Shown here piece by piece: positions 39,273 to 57,279 of a DNA stretch of 64,000 nt. Both the position numbers and the translations under genes were made by a program. Position 1 is the stretch's first letter, and every line of letters begins with the position of its first letter. Origin of the DNA: an uncultured Alteromonadaceae bacterium (lineage in GTDB: Bacteria; Pseudomonadota; Gammaproteobacteria; Pseudomonadales; Halieaceae); assembly GCA_964346555.1 (NCBI GenBank), contig CAYFVJ010000001.1, positions 4,779 through 68,778 on the forward strand, given 5' to 3'. A model generated the notes under the pieces. It worked only from the letters and a program-made list of their open reading frames with translations. It was not told where the DNA came from and did no database searches.

Positions 39273-39683
39273 ATGCTTACCGCACTTGACCATATCGCTA
39301 TTGCCGTGCCTGATTTCAACCGCGCCATCCAGCGTTTCATGGATGATTTCGGGCTGCCGTTCGACGGCACCGAGGATGTCGCGGATGCGCAGACATCCAC
39401 GGCCTTCTTTCCGCTGCCGCCCACGCAGATTGAGCTGGTGCACCCGTTGAATGGCGAGGGTCCGATCGCCGCTTATCTCGAGAAGCGCGGTGGCGGTCTG
39501 CATCACTTGTGCTTCCGTTCCGACAATATCGTCGAAGACGTGGAGAGACTGCGGCAAAAGGGCTATGAGTTTCTCAGCGACGCGCCGTCGCCTGGCGCCC
39601 ACGGATCACAGGTCATCTTCATCCACCCGAAAAGCTGTGATGGGGTTCTCATCGAGATCAACCAGCCCGGCGACGAACACTGA
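39273..39683 (+). CDS. mce: methylmalonyl-CoA epimerase (VOC/glyoxalase fold)
   Basis: 136 aa with LDHIAIAVPD and GGGLHHLCF motifs. The genomic context supports the call. Confidence 0.85.
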   Translation: MLTALDHIAIAVPDFNRAIQRFMDDFGLPFDGTEDVADAQTSTAFFPLPPTQIELVHPLNGEGPIAAYLEKRGGGLHHLCFRSDNIVEDVERLRQKGYEFLSDAPSPGAHGSQVIFIHPKSCDGVLIEINQPGDEH

Positions 39684-39698
39684 GGCGGGAGACAGACC

Positions 39699-41863
<2,165 letters not shown>

Positions 41864-41867
<4 letters not shown>

Positions 41868-42823
41868 GCGCGGTCGATCTCGACGCCCTTCAGCGCGGTG
41901 AGCGTCGGGCGCTGGCCAAGGCGATCACACTGGTTGAGAGTCGTCTGCCGCAGCATCGCGATGAGGCACAGTCCGTGCTCGAATCAGTGCTGCCGGCTAC
42001 AGGGAACAGTGTGCGCCTGGGCATCACCGGCGTGCCCGGGGTCGGCAAGTCCACTTTTATCGAGGCATTCGGGCTGCATCTCATCGAACAGGGGAAGCGG
42101 GTGGCGGTGCTTGCCGTAGATCCGAGCTCGCCGCTTGCGGGGGGCTCAATACTCGGGGACAAGACCCGCATGGAGCAACTGTCGCGACGCGACGAGGCGT
42201 TTATCCGGCCGTCGCCCGCCGAGGGAGCACTGGGTGGCGTCGCCCAGAAGACACGTGAGACGCTGCTTTTGTGCGAGGCGGCGGGCTACGATGTGATACT
42301 GGTAGAGACCGTCGGCGTCGGCCAGTCCGAGTACCAGGTCGCGGCAATGGTGGATTTCTTCATGGTGCTCATGCTGCCCGGCGGCGGCGATGAACTGCAG
42401 GGCATCAAGAAAGGTATCCTCGAACTCGCCGATGCCCTGGTCATCAACAAGGCGGATGGACCGAGTGAGGAGCTGGCGGCGCTGGCGCGCCAGCATTACG
42501 ACAGCGCCATGAGCCTGCTGCGGCACCCCGGTTTCTGGACGCCGCGGGTCATTACCTGTTCCGCCCTGCACCGCCGCAATATTGACTCGCTCTGGGAGAT
42601 GGTGATCGCCTACTATCTCGAGGCCAAAGAGCGCGGTGATTTCGATCGCAAACGCGCGCGTCAGAATCGCGACTGGATGCATCAGCTGGTGCGTGAGCTG
42701 CTGATGCAGCGACTGGCATCGCAGCCGGAAATTCGCGCTATGCTCCCCGGACTCGAGGCGGATGTCGAGGCTGCCCGCATTACGCCCTACACGGCGGCGC
42801 GCCGGATTCTGGAACATTTCTGA
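41864..42823 (+). CDS. meaB: methylmalonyl-CoA mutase-associated G-protein chaperone
   Basis: ATG 41864 overlaps the mutase stop (ATGA). It has the P-loop GVPGVGKST and the NKAD motif. Confidence 0.9.
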
Positions 42824-42893
42824 AATACAGATGACGCCGCCCCCTCTTTAATCTTTGCCGCTCAGCGCAGCGCAGGCACGCCTGAGACTGACG

Positions 42894-43832
42894 CTACAGG
42901 TGCAGGCTGCGGAATCCCGGGTCGACCACGGAGTGCCGCCAGAGCTCCGCGAAGGCGTCGCTCTCGCGGGCACCGTCAGCACGGTCGTCCGCCCGGAAGA
43001 AGCCGTCGCTCTGGAGGTCCTCGGCGGGTGCGTACAGCACGCCGTCCCGGTCGCGGATAACGCAACAATGGCCGCGCCAGTCCGGGTGTTCCGGCAGATG
43101 GCGCAGGTGCACGCTGCTCGGCAGGCGTCGCGCCAGCGCCAGCAGACGATGACCGCGAGAGGTAATGGCTCGCGCATCGCTGACGAGGATCCTCACTCGC
43201 GCCTCGCGACCGCGTCGCACCAGTGCACTGATGGCGCTGACCAGTTCGCTGCGGTCAAATACCAGCGGCTCCAGGGCGGGGCTTAGAATATCGAGGTGGC
43301 GACGCGCGGTGTGCGCAAGAGCCAGGGTGAGATCCGCGAAAGGTTGTGGGTACTGTGCCGGGACGACATCGACTCGGCAGCCTGTGTAGTCCAGCTCGCG
43401 GCGCATGCTGACGTGTTCCAGGCCCGCCTCGAGAAACGTACCACCCTCCGGCACGAATCCCTGTCGCCGATAAAATTCTGCCGCCCGGGTCTGCGCGTGC
43501 AGATACACGGCGCGGAGGCCGCGGCGCATCGCCATATCGATCAGGACCGACATGACACGGGCACCGATGCCCGTGCCGCGGGCGTCTGCAAGCACAGCCA
43601 TCCTGCCGATCTTGCCATCCGGCAGGAGCCTGCCGCAGGCGATGGCAATGGCCGGGCGGCCGGTTGGTTCGCGCTCCGCAAGCACGTGCTCCGCATCTGC
43701 ATCCCTGCCGTCCCATTCGATGGCGGGCGGCACGCCCTGTTCCTCGACAAATACGCTTTCGCGTAGTTGTTGCAGCCTGTGCCGATCCCTGGCCCAGTCG
43801 GCGCGCCGCAAGGTGACAGGACCCGTACTCAT
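42894..43832 (-). CDS. GNAT-family N-acetyltransferase with uncharacterised C-terminal domain
   Basis: 312 aa from ATG 43832, 7 nt after the purB stop. It has a GNAT core (RMAVLADARGTGIGARVM). The ORF extends to 43985, inside purB. Confidence 0.7.
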   Translation of the reverse strand: MSTGPVTLRRADWARDRHRLQQLRESVFVEEQGVPPAIEWDGRDADAEHVLAEREPTGRPAIAIACGRLLPDGKIGRMAVLADARGTGIGARVMSVLIDMAMRRGLRAVYLHAQTRAAEFYRRQGFVPEGGTFLEAGLEHVSMRRELDYTGCRVDVVPAQYPQPFADLTLALAHTARRHLDILSPALEPLVFDRSELVSAISALVRRGREARVRILVSDARAITSRGHRLLALARRLPSSVHLRHLPEHPDWRGHCCVIRDRDGVLYAPAEDLQSDGFFRADDRADGARESDAFAELWRHSVVDPGFRSLHL

Positions 43833-43839
43833 CACCCGG

Positions 43840-45860
<2,021 letters not shown>

Positions 45861-45868
<8 letters not shown>

Positions 45869-46964
45869 CGCTGGAGCCGTGCGCGTTTTCTATGACGGCG
45901 CCGCCCAGGCACTCGTCGTCGCAGTAGAAAACGATGGACTGTCCCGGTGTCACTGCGCGCTGGGGCCGGTCGAAATCGACGCGCAGTCCGTCGCCCGACG
46001 CGAAGACTCTGCAGGTCTGGTCTGCCTGGCGATAGCGTATGCGAGCGTGGCAGGTGAGAGGCAGCGGCGGCGGTTCGCCCGCGACCCAGCATGGCCGACC
46101 ACTAAACAGGGTGCGCTTGAGTAACGCCGGGTGTTCGTTGCCCTGAACCACAAGCAGCTCGTTGCGATCGAGGTCTTTGTCGGCGACATACCAGGGCGCA
46201 TCGCCCGCATCGGCGCGACCGCCAATGCCCAGGCCCTGGCGCTGTCCGATTGTGTGATACATGAGTCCCTGGTGGGTGCCCAGGTGCTCACCGTCGAGGT
46301 TGACGATGCGCCCTGGCTGCGCCGGCAGATACTGCTGCAGAAAATCCCGAAAGCGCCGCTCACCGATGAAGCAGATCCCGGTGGAGTCCTTCTTGTCGTG
46401 CGTGACCAGTCCCTCGGCAGCGGCGATCCTGCGAACTTCGGGCTTGCACAGGTTGCCGAGCGGGAACAGGGTGCGTTCAAGGGCTTCGCTGTCGACGGCA
46501 TGCAGGAAATAAGTCTGGTCCTTGTTGCTGTCGCGGCCTTTCAACAGCGTAGCCCTGGCATCGCGCTCGCCGCGGCGCGCATAGTGGCCGGTGGCGATAC
46601 GATCGGCACCGAGCATCAGGGCATAGTCCAGAAAGGCGCGGAACTTGATCTCGCGGTTACACAGAATATCCGGGTTTGGCGTGCGCCCGGCGCGATATTC
46701 GGACAGGAAGTGCTCGAATACGTTGTCCCAGTACTCCGCCGCAAAATTGGCGCCGTGGAGCGGGATGCCGATACGCTCCGCCACAGCCTGTGCGTCGGCG
46801 TAATCCGCCTTTGCCGTGCAGTACTCGGTACCGTCGTCCTCGTCCCAGTTTTTCATGAACAGCCCTTCCACGGCATAGCCTGCACGCTTCAGCAGCAGGG
46901 CGCTGACGGAGGAATCGACGCCGCCCGACATGCCGACGATGACTTTGCTGCTGGCGTTGGTCAT
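45861..46964 (-). CDS. mnmA: tRNA 2-thiouridine(34) synthase
   Basis: 367 aa with the PP-loop [13 protein letters not shown]. Confidence 0.92.
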
Positions 46965-47193
46965 GGCGAGTCCAGGAGCTATCCGGTGCCGCCGCGGGAA
47001 AGCGGCAGGCGTTGCTTATACTGCGTAGTGTATTCTATCAGAAAGCCCGTCGAGGTCGGCGTCAGTGACTCTGCTTGCGGGCCGGTGCCCAGGGGGATGC
47101 CCGCGGGCGAATCTGGTACACTCGAACGGCTTCTGGGGAGTGTTTGCCACTTCGCGATTAAACAACTGAACAACACTGTATTGGAGTAGATCG

Positions 47194-48447
47194 ATGGGCT
47201 ATAAGCACATACAGGTGCCCGGCACGGGTGAACGTATCGCGGTGAACGAAGATTTCAGCCTGACCGTTCCGGATAATCCAGTTATTCCCTACATCGAAGG
47301 CGACGGCATTGGTGTGGACATTAGCCCGGTCATGATGCGCGTCGTCGATGCGGCAGTCGAAAAGGCCTATGCCGGCAAGAAAAAGATCTCCTGGATGGAG
47401 ATCTACACCGGTGAAAAGGCCGCAGAGCTGTACGAGGGTGACTGGTTTCCGGAAGAGACCCTGGAGGCAATCAAGGAATACTCCGTCGCCATCAAGGGTC
47501 CACTGACGACGCCCGTGGGCGGCGGTTTTCGGTCGTTGAATGTGGCGCTGCGCCAGGAGCTTGATCTTTACACCTGTCTACGCCCGGTGCGCTGGTTCGA
47601 GGGAGTACCTTCGCCCGTGAAGCGGCCGGCAGATTGTAATATGGTCATCTTCCGCGAGAATTCCGAGGACATCTATGCCGGGATCGAATATAAGGCCGGC
47701 ACTGAAGAAGCCCAGAAGGTGGTTGATTTCCTGATCAACGAGATGGGCGTTACCAAGATCCGCTTCCCCAGCGAGGTCGGTATCGGCGTCAAGCCGGTCT
47801 CGGAGGAGGGCAGCAAGCGACTCGTGCGCAAGGCGATACAGTACGCCATCGATCAGGATCTGCCCTCGGTTACGCTGGTACACAAGGGCAACATCATGAA
47901 GTTTACCGAGGGTGCCTTCCGCGACTGGGGCTATCAGCTGGCTGAGCAGGAATTCGGTGCGCAACTGCTTGATGGCGGTCCCTGGATGCGTATGGAGAAC
48001 CCGCAGACCGGCAAGGAGATTGTTATCAAGGACGTTATTGCCGATGCCATGTTACAGCAGATCCTGACGCGGCCGGGGGATTACAGTGTGGTCGCGACCC
48101 TCAACCTGAACGGTGATTACCTGTCGGATGCCCTGGCGGCACAGGTGGGCGGCATCGGGATCGCGCCTGGCGCCAATCTGTCCGATACTGTCGCGCTGTT
48201 CGAGGCGACTCACGGCACTGCGCCTAAATACGCCGGCCAGGACAAGGTCAACCCGGGTTCCCTGATTCTGTCGGCGGAAATGATGCTGCGTCACATAGGC
48301 TGGGGGGAAGCGGCAGACCTGATCATCAAAGGCATGGATGGTGCGATTCAGAATGGCACCGTCACTTACGATTTTGAACGCCAGATGGAAGGCGCTGAAC
48401 TGGTCAGTAGCTCCGGTTTCGGCGAGAAAATGATCGAGCAGATGTAG
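47194..48447 (+). CDS. icd: NADP-dependent isocitrate dehydrogenase (dimeric type)
   Basis: 417 aa with [20 protein letters not shown] and [10 protein letters not shown] motifs. Confidence 0.93.
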   Translation: MGYKHIQVPGTGERIAVNEDFSLTVPDNPVIPYIEGDGIGVDISPVMMRVVDAAVEKAYAGKKKISWMEIYTGEKAAELYEGDWFPEETLEAIKEYSVAIKGPLTTPVGGGFRSLNVALRQELDLYTCLRPVRWFEGVPSPVKRPADCNMVIFRENSEDIYAGIEYKAGTEEAQKVVDFLINEMGVTKIRFPSEVGIGVKPVSEEGSKRLVRKAIQYAIDQDLPSVTLVHKGNIMKFTEGAFRDWGYQLAEQEFGAQLLDGGPWMRMENPQTGKEIVIKDVIADAMLQQILTRPGDYSVVATLNLNGDYLSDALAAQVGGIGIAPGANLSDTVALFEATHGTAPKYAGQDKVNPGSLILSAEMMLRHIGWGEAADLIIKGMDGAIQNGTVTYDFERQMEGAELVSSSGFGEKMIEQM

Positions 48448-48464
48448 CGCCCGACGCCAGCGGG

Positions 48465-48486
48465 GGCCCGTCCTGGCGGGCCTTTT
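48465..48486 (+). terminator. rho-independent terminator after icd
   Basis: The stem GGCCCG(48465-70)/CGGGCC(48477-82) has a 6-nt loop and is followed by TTTT (48483-86). It lies 18 nt after the TAG stop. Confidence 0.7.
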
Positions 48487-48586
48487 AGTGTTTGAAAATG
48501 ATACGATCGATGGCGCTATGGAAGAGTTCCGGCACGCTCGCACCGCTGGGATTCGTTCTTAAAAGCCTTATAATAGAATTAATGCC

Positions 48587-48982
48587 ATGATTTCAGCGGA
48601 TGTCAGGACCTATTCTGTGTCAATCAATGATCACTTACCGGCTACTGTGCGGATAACTGCTTCCAAGCAGCAGTCGGACTCCGATAGCGGTACCGTCGCA
48701 GAAGATGTCAGCCCTGCCGTAAAAAAGCCCCCCTTGTTCAAGGTGGTGCTATTGAATGATGATTACACGCCAATGGAGTTCGTCGTCGAGGTGTTGGAAA
48801 CCTTTTTCTGCATGAATCGCGAGCAGGCCACCCAGGTCATGTTGACGGTGCATACGCGCGGCAAGGGCGTCTGCGGTATTTTTACCCGTGACATTGCGGA
48901 AACAAAGGCGGCGCAGGTCAATCAGTACGCCCGGGAGCATCAGCATCCGCTCCTGTGTGAAATAGAAGCAGCAGAGGGGTGA
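48587..48982 (+). CDS. clpS: ATP-dependent Clp protease adaptor
   Basis: It has a [23 protein letters not shown] core. The N-terminal extension makes the exact start uncertain. Confidence 0.85.
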   Translation: MISADVRTYSVSINDHLPATVRITASKQQSDSDSGTVAEDVSPAVKKPPLFKVVLLNDDYTPMEFVVEVLETFFCMNREQATQVMLTVHTRGKGVCGIFTRDIAETKAAQVNQYAREHQHPLLCEIEAAEG

Positions 48983-49001
48983 GAGCCCCGGGAGCATCAG
49001 C

Positions 49002-51284
49002 ATGCTGAGCAAGGAACTGGAACAAACCCTGAACGACGCGTTCCGCGCTGCTCGGGCCCGCAGGCATGAGTTCATGACCGTCGAGCACCTGTTGCTTGCC
49101 CTGCTCGACAATAACGATGCGATTCGCGTTCTCAAGGCCTGCGGAGCCGAGATAAGCGCACTGCGCGGGGACCTGGTCGAGTTCATCGACTCCACGACCC
49201 CGCTGATCCCGGAGACGGACGAGGAGCGCGAAACCCAGCCGACTCTGGGTTTTCAGCGCGTGCTACAGCGCGCAGTTTTTCACGTGCAATCCTCGGGTAA
49301 GAGTGAAGTTACCGGGGCGAATGTCCTGGTGGCGCTGTTCAGCGAGCAGGAGAGCCAGGCAGTTTATTTTCTCAAGACCCAGAGCGTGACACGGCTGGAC
49401 GTTGTCAACTACATCACCCACGGAATTTCAAAGGTCGGCGACGAAGATATGGATGAAGAGCGCGGCGGAGCAACAGCGCCGGAGCAGGGCAGTGAAGAAG
49501 GTGAGGCCAATCCGCTGGACTCGTATTCCACCAACCTGAATGCGGAAGCCGAGGCGGGTCGCATCGATCCATTGATCGGGCGTATTCACGAGGTGGAGCG
49601 CGTGGTTCAGGTACTGGCGCGTCGGCGCAAAAATAACCCACTGTTGGTGGGTGAGTCGGGCGTCGGCAAGACGGCGATCGCCGAAGGGCTTGCCAAGATG
49701 ATTGTCGACGGTGAGGTGCCGAGCATGCTCAAAGATTCCTGCGTGTATGCACTGGATCTTGGCGCGTTGCTGGCGGGCACTAAGTACCGCGGAGATTTCG
49801 AGAAGCGTTTCAAAGGCCTGCTCGCGGAGCTCAAGCGTCGCGAGGGTGCCATACTGTTCATCGATGAGATACATACCATCATCGGTGCGGGCGCGGCCTC
49901 GGGCGGCGTCATGGATGCCAGCAATCTGCTCAAGCCTCTGCTCACCTCGGGCAGGTTGAAGTGCATCGGCTCGACAACGTTCCAGGAATACCGCGGCATA
50001 TTCGACAAGGACAAGGCGCTTAGTCGACGTTTCCAGAAAGTCGATGTAATGGAGCCGAGCCCGGAAGATGCCTACAAGATTCTCAAGGGCCTGAAGTCGC
50101 GCTTCGAGGAGCATCACGCGCTGCGCTACACCGACAATGCACTGCGCACGGCAACAGATCTGTCGGCCCGCTATATCACCGACAGGTTCCTGCCGGACAA
50201 GGCAATCGACGTAATAGATGAGGCGGGAGCCTACCAGCAGCTGCAGGCGCCATCAAAGCGCAAGAAAGTGATCGGCAAGGGTGATATCGAGGCAGTGGTG
50301 GCAAAAATTGCGCGTATTCCACCGAAAACGGTCAGCAGCAACGACAAGGAAATCCTGCAGAAGCTCGAGAGCAACCTGCGCATGGTGGTGTTCGGGCAGG
50401 ACGAAGCAGTATCCAGTCTCGCGACTTCGATCAAGATGGCGCGCGCGGGTCTGCGTGGCGGTGATAAGCCGATCGGCTCTTTCCTGCTTGCCGGACCTAC
50501 CGGTGTCGGCAAGACAGAAGTCACACGCCAGCTCGCGCGTATCCTCGGGCTGGAACTGATTCGCTTCGATATGTCGGAGTACATGGAGCGGCACACGGTC
50601 TCGCGTCTGATCGGTGCGCCGCCCGGCTATGTCGGATTTGATCAGGGTGGGTTGCTCACAGAGCAGGTGACCAAGAACCCGCATGCTGTCATTCTCCTGG
50701 ACGAGATTGAAAAAGCGCACCCGGAGGTCTACAACCTGCTGCTGCAGGTAATGGATCACGGGACGCTGACCGACAACAATGGGCGCAAGGCGGATTTCCG
50801 CAACGTGATTCTGGTCATGACCACCAATGCGGGGGCCGAGAGTATGAGCCGGCGCAGCATCGGCTTCACATCTCAGGATCACAGCACGGATGCCATGGAG
50901 GCCATCACGCGTATGTTCACGCCGGAATTCCGCAACCGTCTCGACAGCATCGTCCAGTTTGAGCCCCTCGGCGAAGACGTGATACTCACTGTCGTCGACA
51001 AGTTTATCGCGGAGCTGCAGGGTCAACTGGATGAGAAACGCGTCACGCTGGATGTGGATGAGGACGCCAGGCTCTGGCTTGTAGAAAAAGGCTACGATGA
51101 ACGCATGGGTGCGCGTCCTATGGAACGGGTCATTCAGGAAAACATCAAGAAGCCCCTGGCGGAACTGGTGCTGTTCGGCGCGCTGGCCCAGTCGGGTGGA
51201 ACAGCACTGGTGCGCCTGAATGCAGCGGGAGATGGACTGGATGTGCGCGTCGAAGAGGAGGAGGCGGCTCTGGAAAGCAGCTGA
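49002..51284 (+). CDS. clpA: ATP-dependent Clp protease ATP-binding subunit ClpA
   Basis: 760 aa with two AAA+ modules (GESGVGKT, GPTGVGKTE). Confidence 0.95.
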   Translation: MLSKELEQTLNDAFRAARARRHEFMTVEHLLLALLDNNDAIRVLKACGAEISALRGDLVEFIDSTTPLIPETDEERETQPTLGFQRVLQRAVFHVQSSGKSEVTGANVLVALFSEQESQAVYFLKTQSVTRLDVVNYITHGISKVGDEDMDEERGGATAPEQGSEEGEANPLDSYSTNLNAEAEAGRIDPLIGRIHEVERVVQVLARRRKNNPLLVGESGVGKTAIAEGLAKMIVDGEVPSMLKDSCVYALDLGALLAGTKYRGDFEKRFKGLLAELKRREGAILFIDEIHTIIGAGAASGGVMDASNLLKPLLTSGRLKCIGSTTFQEYRGIFDKDKALSRRFQKVDVMEPSPEDAYKILKGLKSRFEEHHALRYTDNALRTATDLSARYITDRFLPDKAIDVIDEAGAYQQLQAPSKRKKVIGKGDIEAVVAKIARIPPKTVSSNDKEILQKLESNLRMVVFGQDEAVSSLATSIKMARAGLRGGDKPIGSFLLAGPTGVGKTEVTRQLARILGLELIRFDMSEYMERHTVSRLIGAPPGYVGFDQGGLLTEQVTKNPHAVILLDEIEKAHPEVYNLLLQVMDHGTLTDNNGRKADFRNVILVMTTNAGAESMSRRSIGFTSQDHSTDAMEAITRMFTPEFRNRLDSIVQFEPLGEDVILTVVDKFIAELQGQLDEKRVTLDVDEDARLWLVEKGYDERMGARPMERVIQENIKKPLAELVLFGALAQSGGTALVRLNAAGDGLDVRVEEEEAALESS

Positions 51285-51311
51285 CTTGCAGCTGGGCAAT
51301 CTACCGGTGCT

Positions 51312-51334
51312 TGAACACTCGTGAAGAGTGTTCA
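51312..51334. terminator. hairpin between convergent clpA and infA (possible bidirectional terminator)
   Basis: A perfect 9-bp stem TGAACACTC/GAGTGTTCA with loop GTGAA overlaps the infA stop. A second hairpin, CAGCTG-ACTTG-CAGCTG (51278-51294), overlaps the clpA stop. Neither has a U-tract. Confidence 0.45.
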
Positions 51335-51550
51335 GCGTTCCCGGTAGGTTATCCGTCCCTTGGTCAAATCATACGGGGTCAGCTCGACACGAACCTTGTC
51401 ACCCGTCAGAATACGAATATAGTTTTTGCGCATTTTCCCGGAGATATGCGCCGTGACAATGTGGCCGTTCTGCAACTGTACACGGAATGTAGTGTTGGGA
51501 AGGGTATCGACGACCTCGCCTTCCATCTCAATCTGATCTTCTTTTGCCAT
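51332..51550 (-). CDS. infA: translation initiation factor IF-1
   Basis: 72 aa: [30 protein letters not shown]... Confidence 0.97.
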   Translation of the reverse strand: MAKEDQIEMEGEVVDTLPNTTFRVQLQNGHIVTAHISGKMRKNYIRILTGDKVRVELTPYDLTKGRITYRER

Positions 51551-51635
51551 GTGGCCTCGACGTAGTCAAAAACGAAGCGCGTATTCTGCCGCAAATGGTG
51601 CGTAAGTTCCACTGTTTCAAGGGTGCGTGTCGCGC

Positions 51636-52370
51636 TCAGGAATCACTCGCCAGAATATCGTCGTCTGCTTTTTGCCAGCGATTGTCGAGCAATAGTTCCA
51701 GTGGCCGGTAGTCCGACTTATAGGCCATCTTGCCGCAGTTCCTGATCCAGTAGCCCAGATACAGGTAGGGCAGGTCTACCTCCCGGGCAGTTTCGATTTG
51801 CCACAGAATGGCGTAGCGCCCGAGGCTGCGAGAACTTTCATCCGGGTCGTAGAATGTATAGATGGCGGACAGGCCATCCAACATGACATCGACCACCGCG
51901 ATGGCGACGAGCTGTTCCCCGGCGTGGAAACGATAGTAGCGGGTACAATCCCAGGCATTGCTGAGAAATGACTGGTACTGATCGCGGTCTGGCGGGAACA
52001 TATCGCCGTCGGAATGCCGTTCCACGATATAGCGATGGTATAGATTATAGGCCGCGTCGTCGTCGATATTGTCCGTGCGCGTGACGGTCAAATCGCTATT
52101 CTGACGCCACGTGCGACGCTGCGTACGGTTTGGGCGGAACGACTTGACGGGAATTCTGGCGGAAATGCAGGCGTTGCATTGTCTGCAATTGGGCCGGTAG
52201 ACATGCCCGCCACTACGCCGGAAACCCAGCAGCGACAGACGCGTATACAGCGCCTGGTCGATGGGCTGTCGCGGATCGATAAACACAGTAGTCGCCTCTT
52301 GATCTTCAAGATAGCTGCAGCGGTGGGGATAGGTGGTGTAGACCTTCAGGTCTCGCAGTGACGATGTCAC
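51636..52370 (-). CDS. bpt: arginyl-tRNA--protein transferase (bacterial Bpt)
   Basis: GTG 52370 overlaps the aat stop (GTGA). It has CSYLEDQEA and CRQCNAC motifs. The ORF opens further upstream, inside aat. Confidence 0.85.
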   Translation of the reverse strand: MTSSLRDLKVYTTYPHRCSYLEDQEATTVFIDPRQPIDQALYTRLSLLGFRRSGGHVYRPNCRQCNACISARIPVKSFRPNRTQRRTWRQNSDLTVTRTDNIDDDAAYNLYHRYIVERHSDGDMFPPDRDQYQSFLSNAWDCTRYYRFHAGEQLVAIAVVDVMLDGLSAIYTFYDPDESSRSLGRYAILWQIETAREVDLPYLYLGYWIRNCGKMAYKSDYRPLELLLDNRWQKADDDILASDS

Positions 52371-53080
52371 AAGAGATCTCCGCAACGATCCGGCAAATGC
52401 CAGGCGTCTGATGATATGTCGTTGGCTTGGCTGCGCGCAAGCCATTGCTCAAAATCTGTCCGAGAGATGTTGCGAGCGCCCAGGCTGTTCATGTGATCGC
52501 TTTCTACCTGACAGTCGATCAGGTCGCCGCCTGCTCTCTCGAGCAATCGTACCAGAGCCACCAGCGCCACCTTGGATGCGTCAGTGCGGTGGCTGAACAT
52601 GCTCTCACCAAAGAACGTTCTGCCCAGACAGACGCCGTACAGGCCACCCACCAGGTCACCGCCCGGGTCGCTGACTTCGATGCTGTGCGCGATGCCCTGC
52701 CGGTGCAGGTGGGTATAGGCACGCAGCATGCGTCGGTTTATCCAGGTGCCGCTCTGTCCGCGGCGGGCGCCGGCGCAGGATCGCATGACGTCGCCGAACG
52801 CACGGTCCACGCCAAGGCGAAACGCGTTGCGCCGCAGCGTTTTGCGCAGTGATCGGGAGATATGCAGACCGGAAAGAGGCAGTACCGATCGCGGGTCCGG
52901 GCTCCACCAGAGTACCGGTTGCGGCTCCTCGAACCACGGAAAGATGCCACGGCGATACGCCTCGACCAACCGGGGGATTTCCAGCTCTCTGGTGACCGCG
53001 AGCAGGCCGTTGGGATTCTCCAGCGCCGTCATGCTCGGCGGCAGGGGATCTTCCGGTTCAAGGAGCTGCAGCAGCGACAC
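52367..53080 (-). CDS. aat: leucyl/phenylalanyl-tRNA--protein transferase
   Basis: 237 aa with a GIFPWFEEPQPVLWWSPDPR motif. Confidence 0.9.
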   Translation of the reverse strand: MSLLQLLEPEDPLPPSMTALENPNGLLAVTRELEIPRLVEAYRRGIFPWFEEPQPVLWWSPDPRSVLPLSGLHISRSLRKTLRRNAFRLGVDRAFGDVMRSCAGARRGQSGTWINRRMLRAYTHLHRQGIAHSIEVSDPGGDLVGGLYGVCLGRTFFGESMFSHRTDASKVALVALVRLLERAGGDLIDCQVESDHMNSLGARNISRTDFEQWLARSQANDISSDAWHLPDRCGDLL

Positions 53081-53098
53081 GCGTTCCTACCGCGTGGC

Positions 53099-54076
<978 letters not shown>

Positions 54077-54289
54077 TCATGCTCTATCGGGTTGCCTGCG
54101 CAGCCAAGCGGATGGCTGCGGTGCGCGTCGCTATCGATCGTGTGCCGGACGCTACGCAAGACCTTAATGGTAAAGTAAAGCGACGACGTCGGCAAAGACG
54201 CTAGAATCATTTTAAAATATCTCTTTAAATTTTTGAAAAGAATGGAAAATTAGTGAAAACTATACAGGTGATCCAGATGGGGCATTGCT

Positions 54290-56611
<2,322 letters not shown>

Positions 56612-56613
56612 CA

Positions 56614-57279
56614 GTGATACAACGGTACACACAGCATGCAAACGACTGGCGGAATATGCTGCTGGCGGTTCTGCTGGCGATAGCACCCGCCGCCGCGGCA
56701 GAGCCCGGGCCCGCAAACGGCGCCGCAGATCGATCGGCCGAGCGCGCCCTCGGTGCCAGGCTCGACGAGATTGCGCAGCTCTCGGGACGCTTTCGCCAGA
56801 CCGTCTATCCGCAGGCCGGCGGCCGCGCGACCGTCTCGACGGGTGAGTTCAGGTTGCAGTCGCCCGGGCGTTTCCTGTGGCGTATCGACGCGCCGGACAA
56901 CCAGCTGGTGGTGACCCGGGGCGAGTATCTGTGGCACTACGATGCGGATCTGCAGACGGCGACACGACGGCCGATCGATGCAGTGGCGAGTGCGCCCCTG
57001 CAGGTGCTGGCTGGAGACCGGGAAAGTCTGGCGCGGGATTTTGCCGTAACCCGTAGCGGTGAAGCATCCTATACCCTGATCCCGCGCAATGCGGACGCGG
57101 GTTTTCAGTCCCTGGAACTGACTCTCGATGCCGGGATACCCAGGGAACTGGCGATTGTCGATAACCTTTCACAGCGCATCGAGATCAGCCTGGACGCTGT
57201 GTCCACCGACGCAATCGACGCCGATGTCTTCGACTTTACGCCACCCGATGGCGTCGATGTGTTTATCCACGATGCCTGA
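56614..57279 (+). CDS. lolA: outer-membrane lipoprotein chaperone LolA
   Basis: 221 aa with a signal peptide and GEFRLQSPGRFLWRIDAPDNQLVVTRGEYLWHYDADLQ. The start is GTG 56614 or ATG 56656. Confidence 0.88.
   Translation: MIQRYTQHANDWRNMLLAVLLAIAPAAAAEPGPANGAADRSAERALGARLDEIAQLSGRFRQTVYPQAGGRATVSTGEFRLQSPGRFLWRIDAPDNQLVVTRGEYLWHYDADLQTATRRPIDAVASAPLQVLAGDRESLARDFAVTRSGEASYTLIPRNADAGFQSLELTLDAGIPRELAIVDNLSQRIEISLDAVSTDAIDADVFDFTPPDGVDVFIHDA

Noticed and set aside
54252-54267. Possible LexA/SOS box (CTGT-N8-ACAG) upstream of ftsK, by analogy with the E. coli dinH promoter.
   Set aside because: Only the ACAG half (54264-67) is present. The position where CTGT should be reads AGTG.
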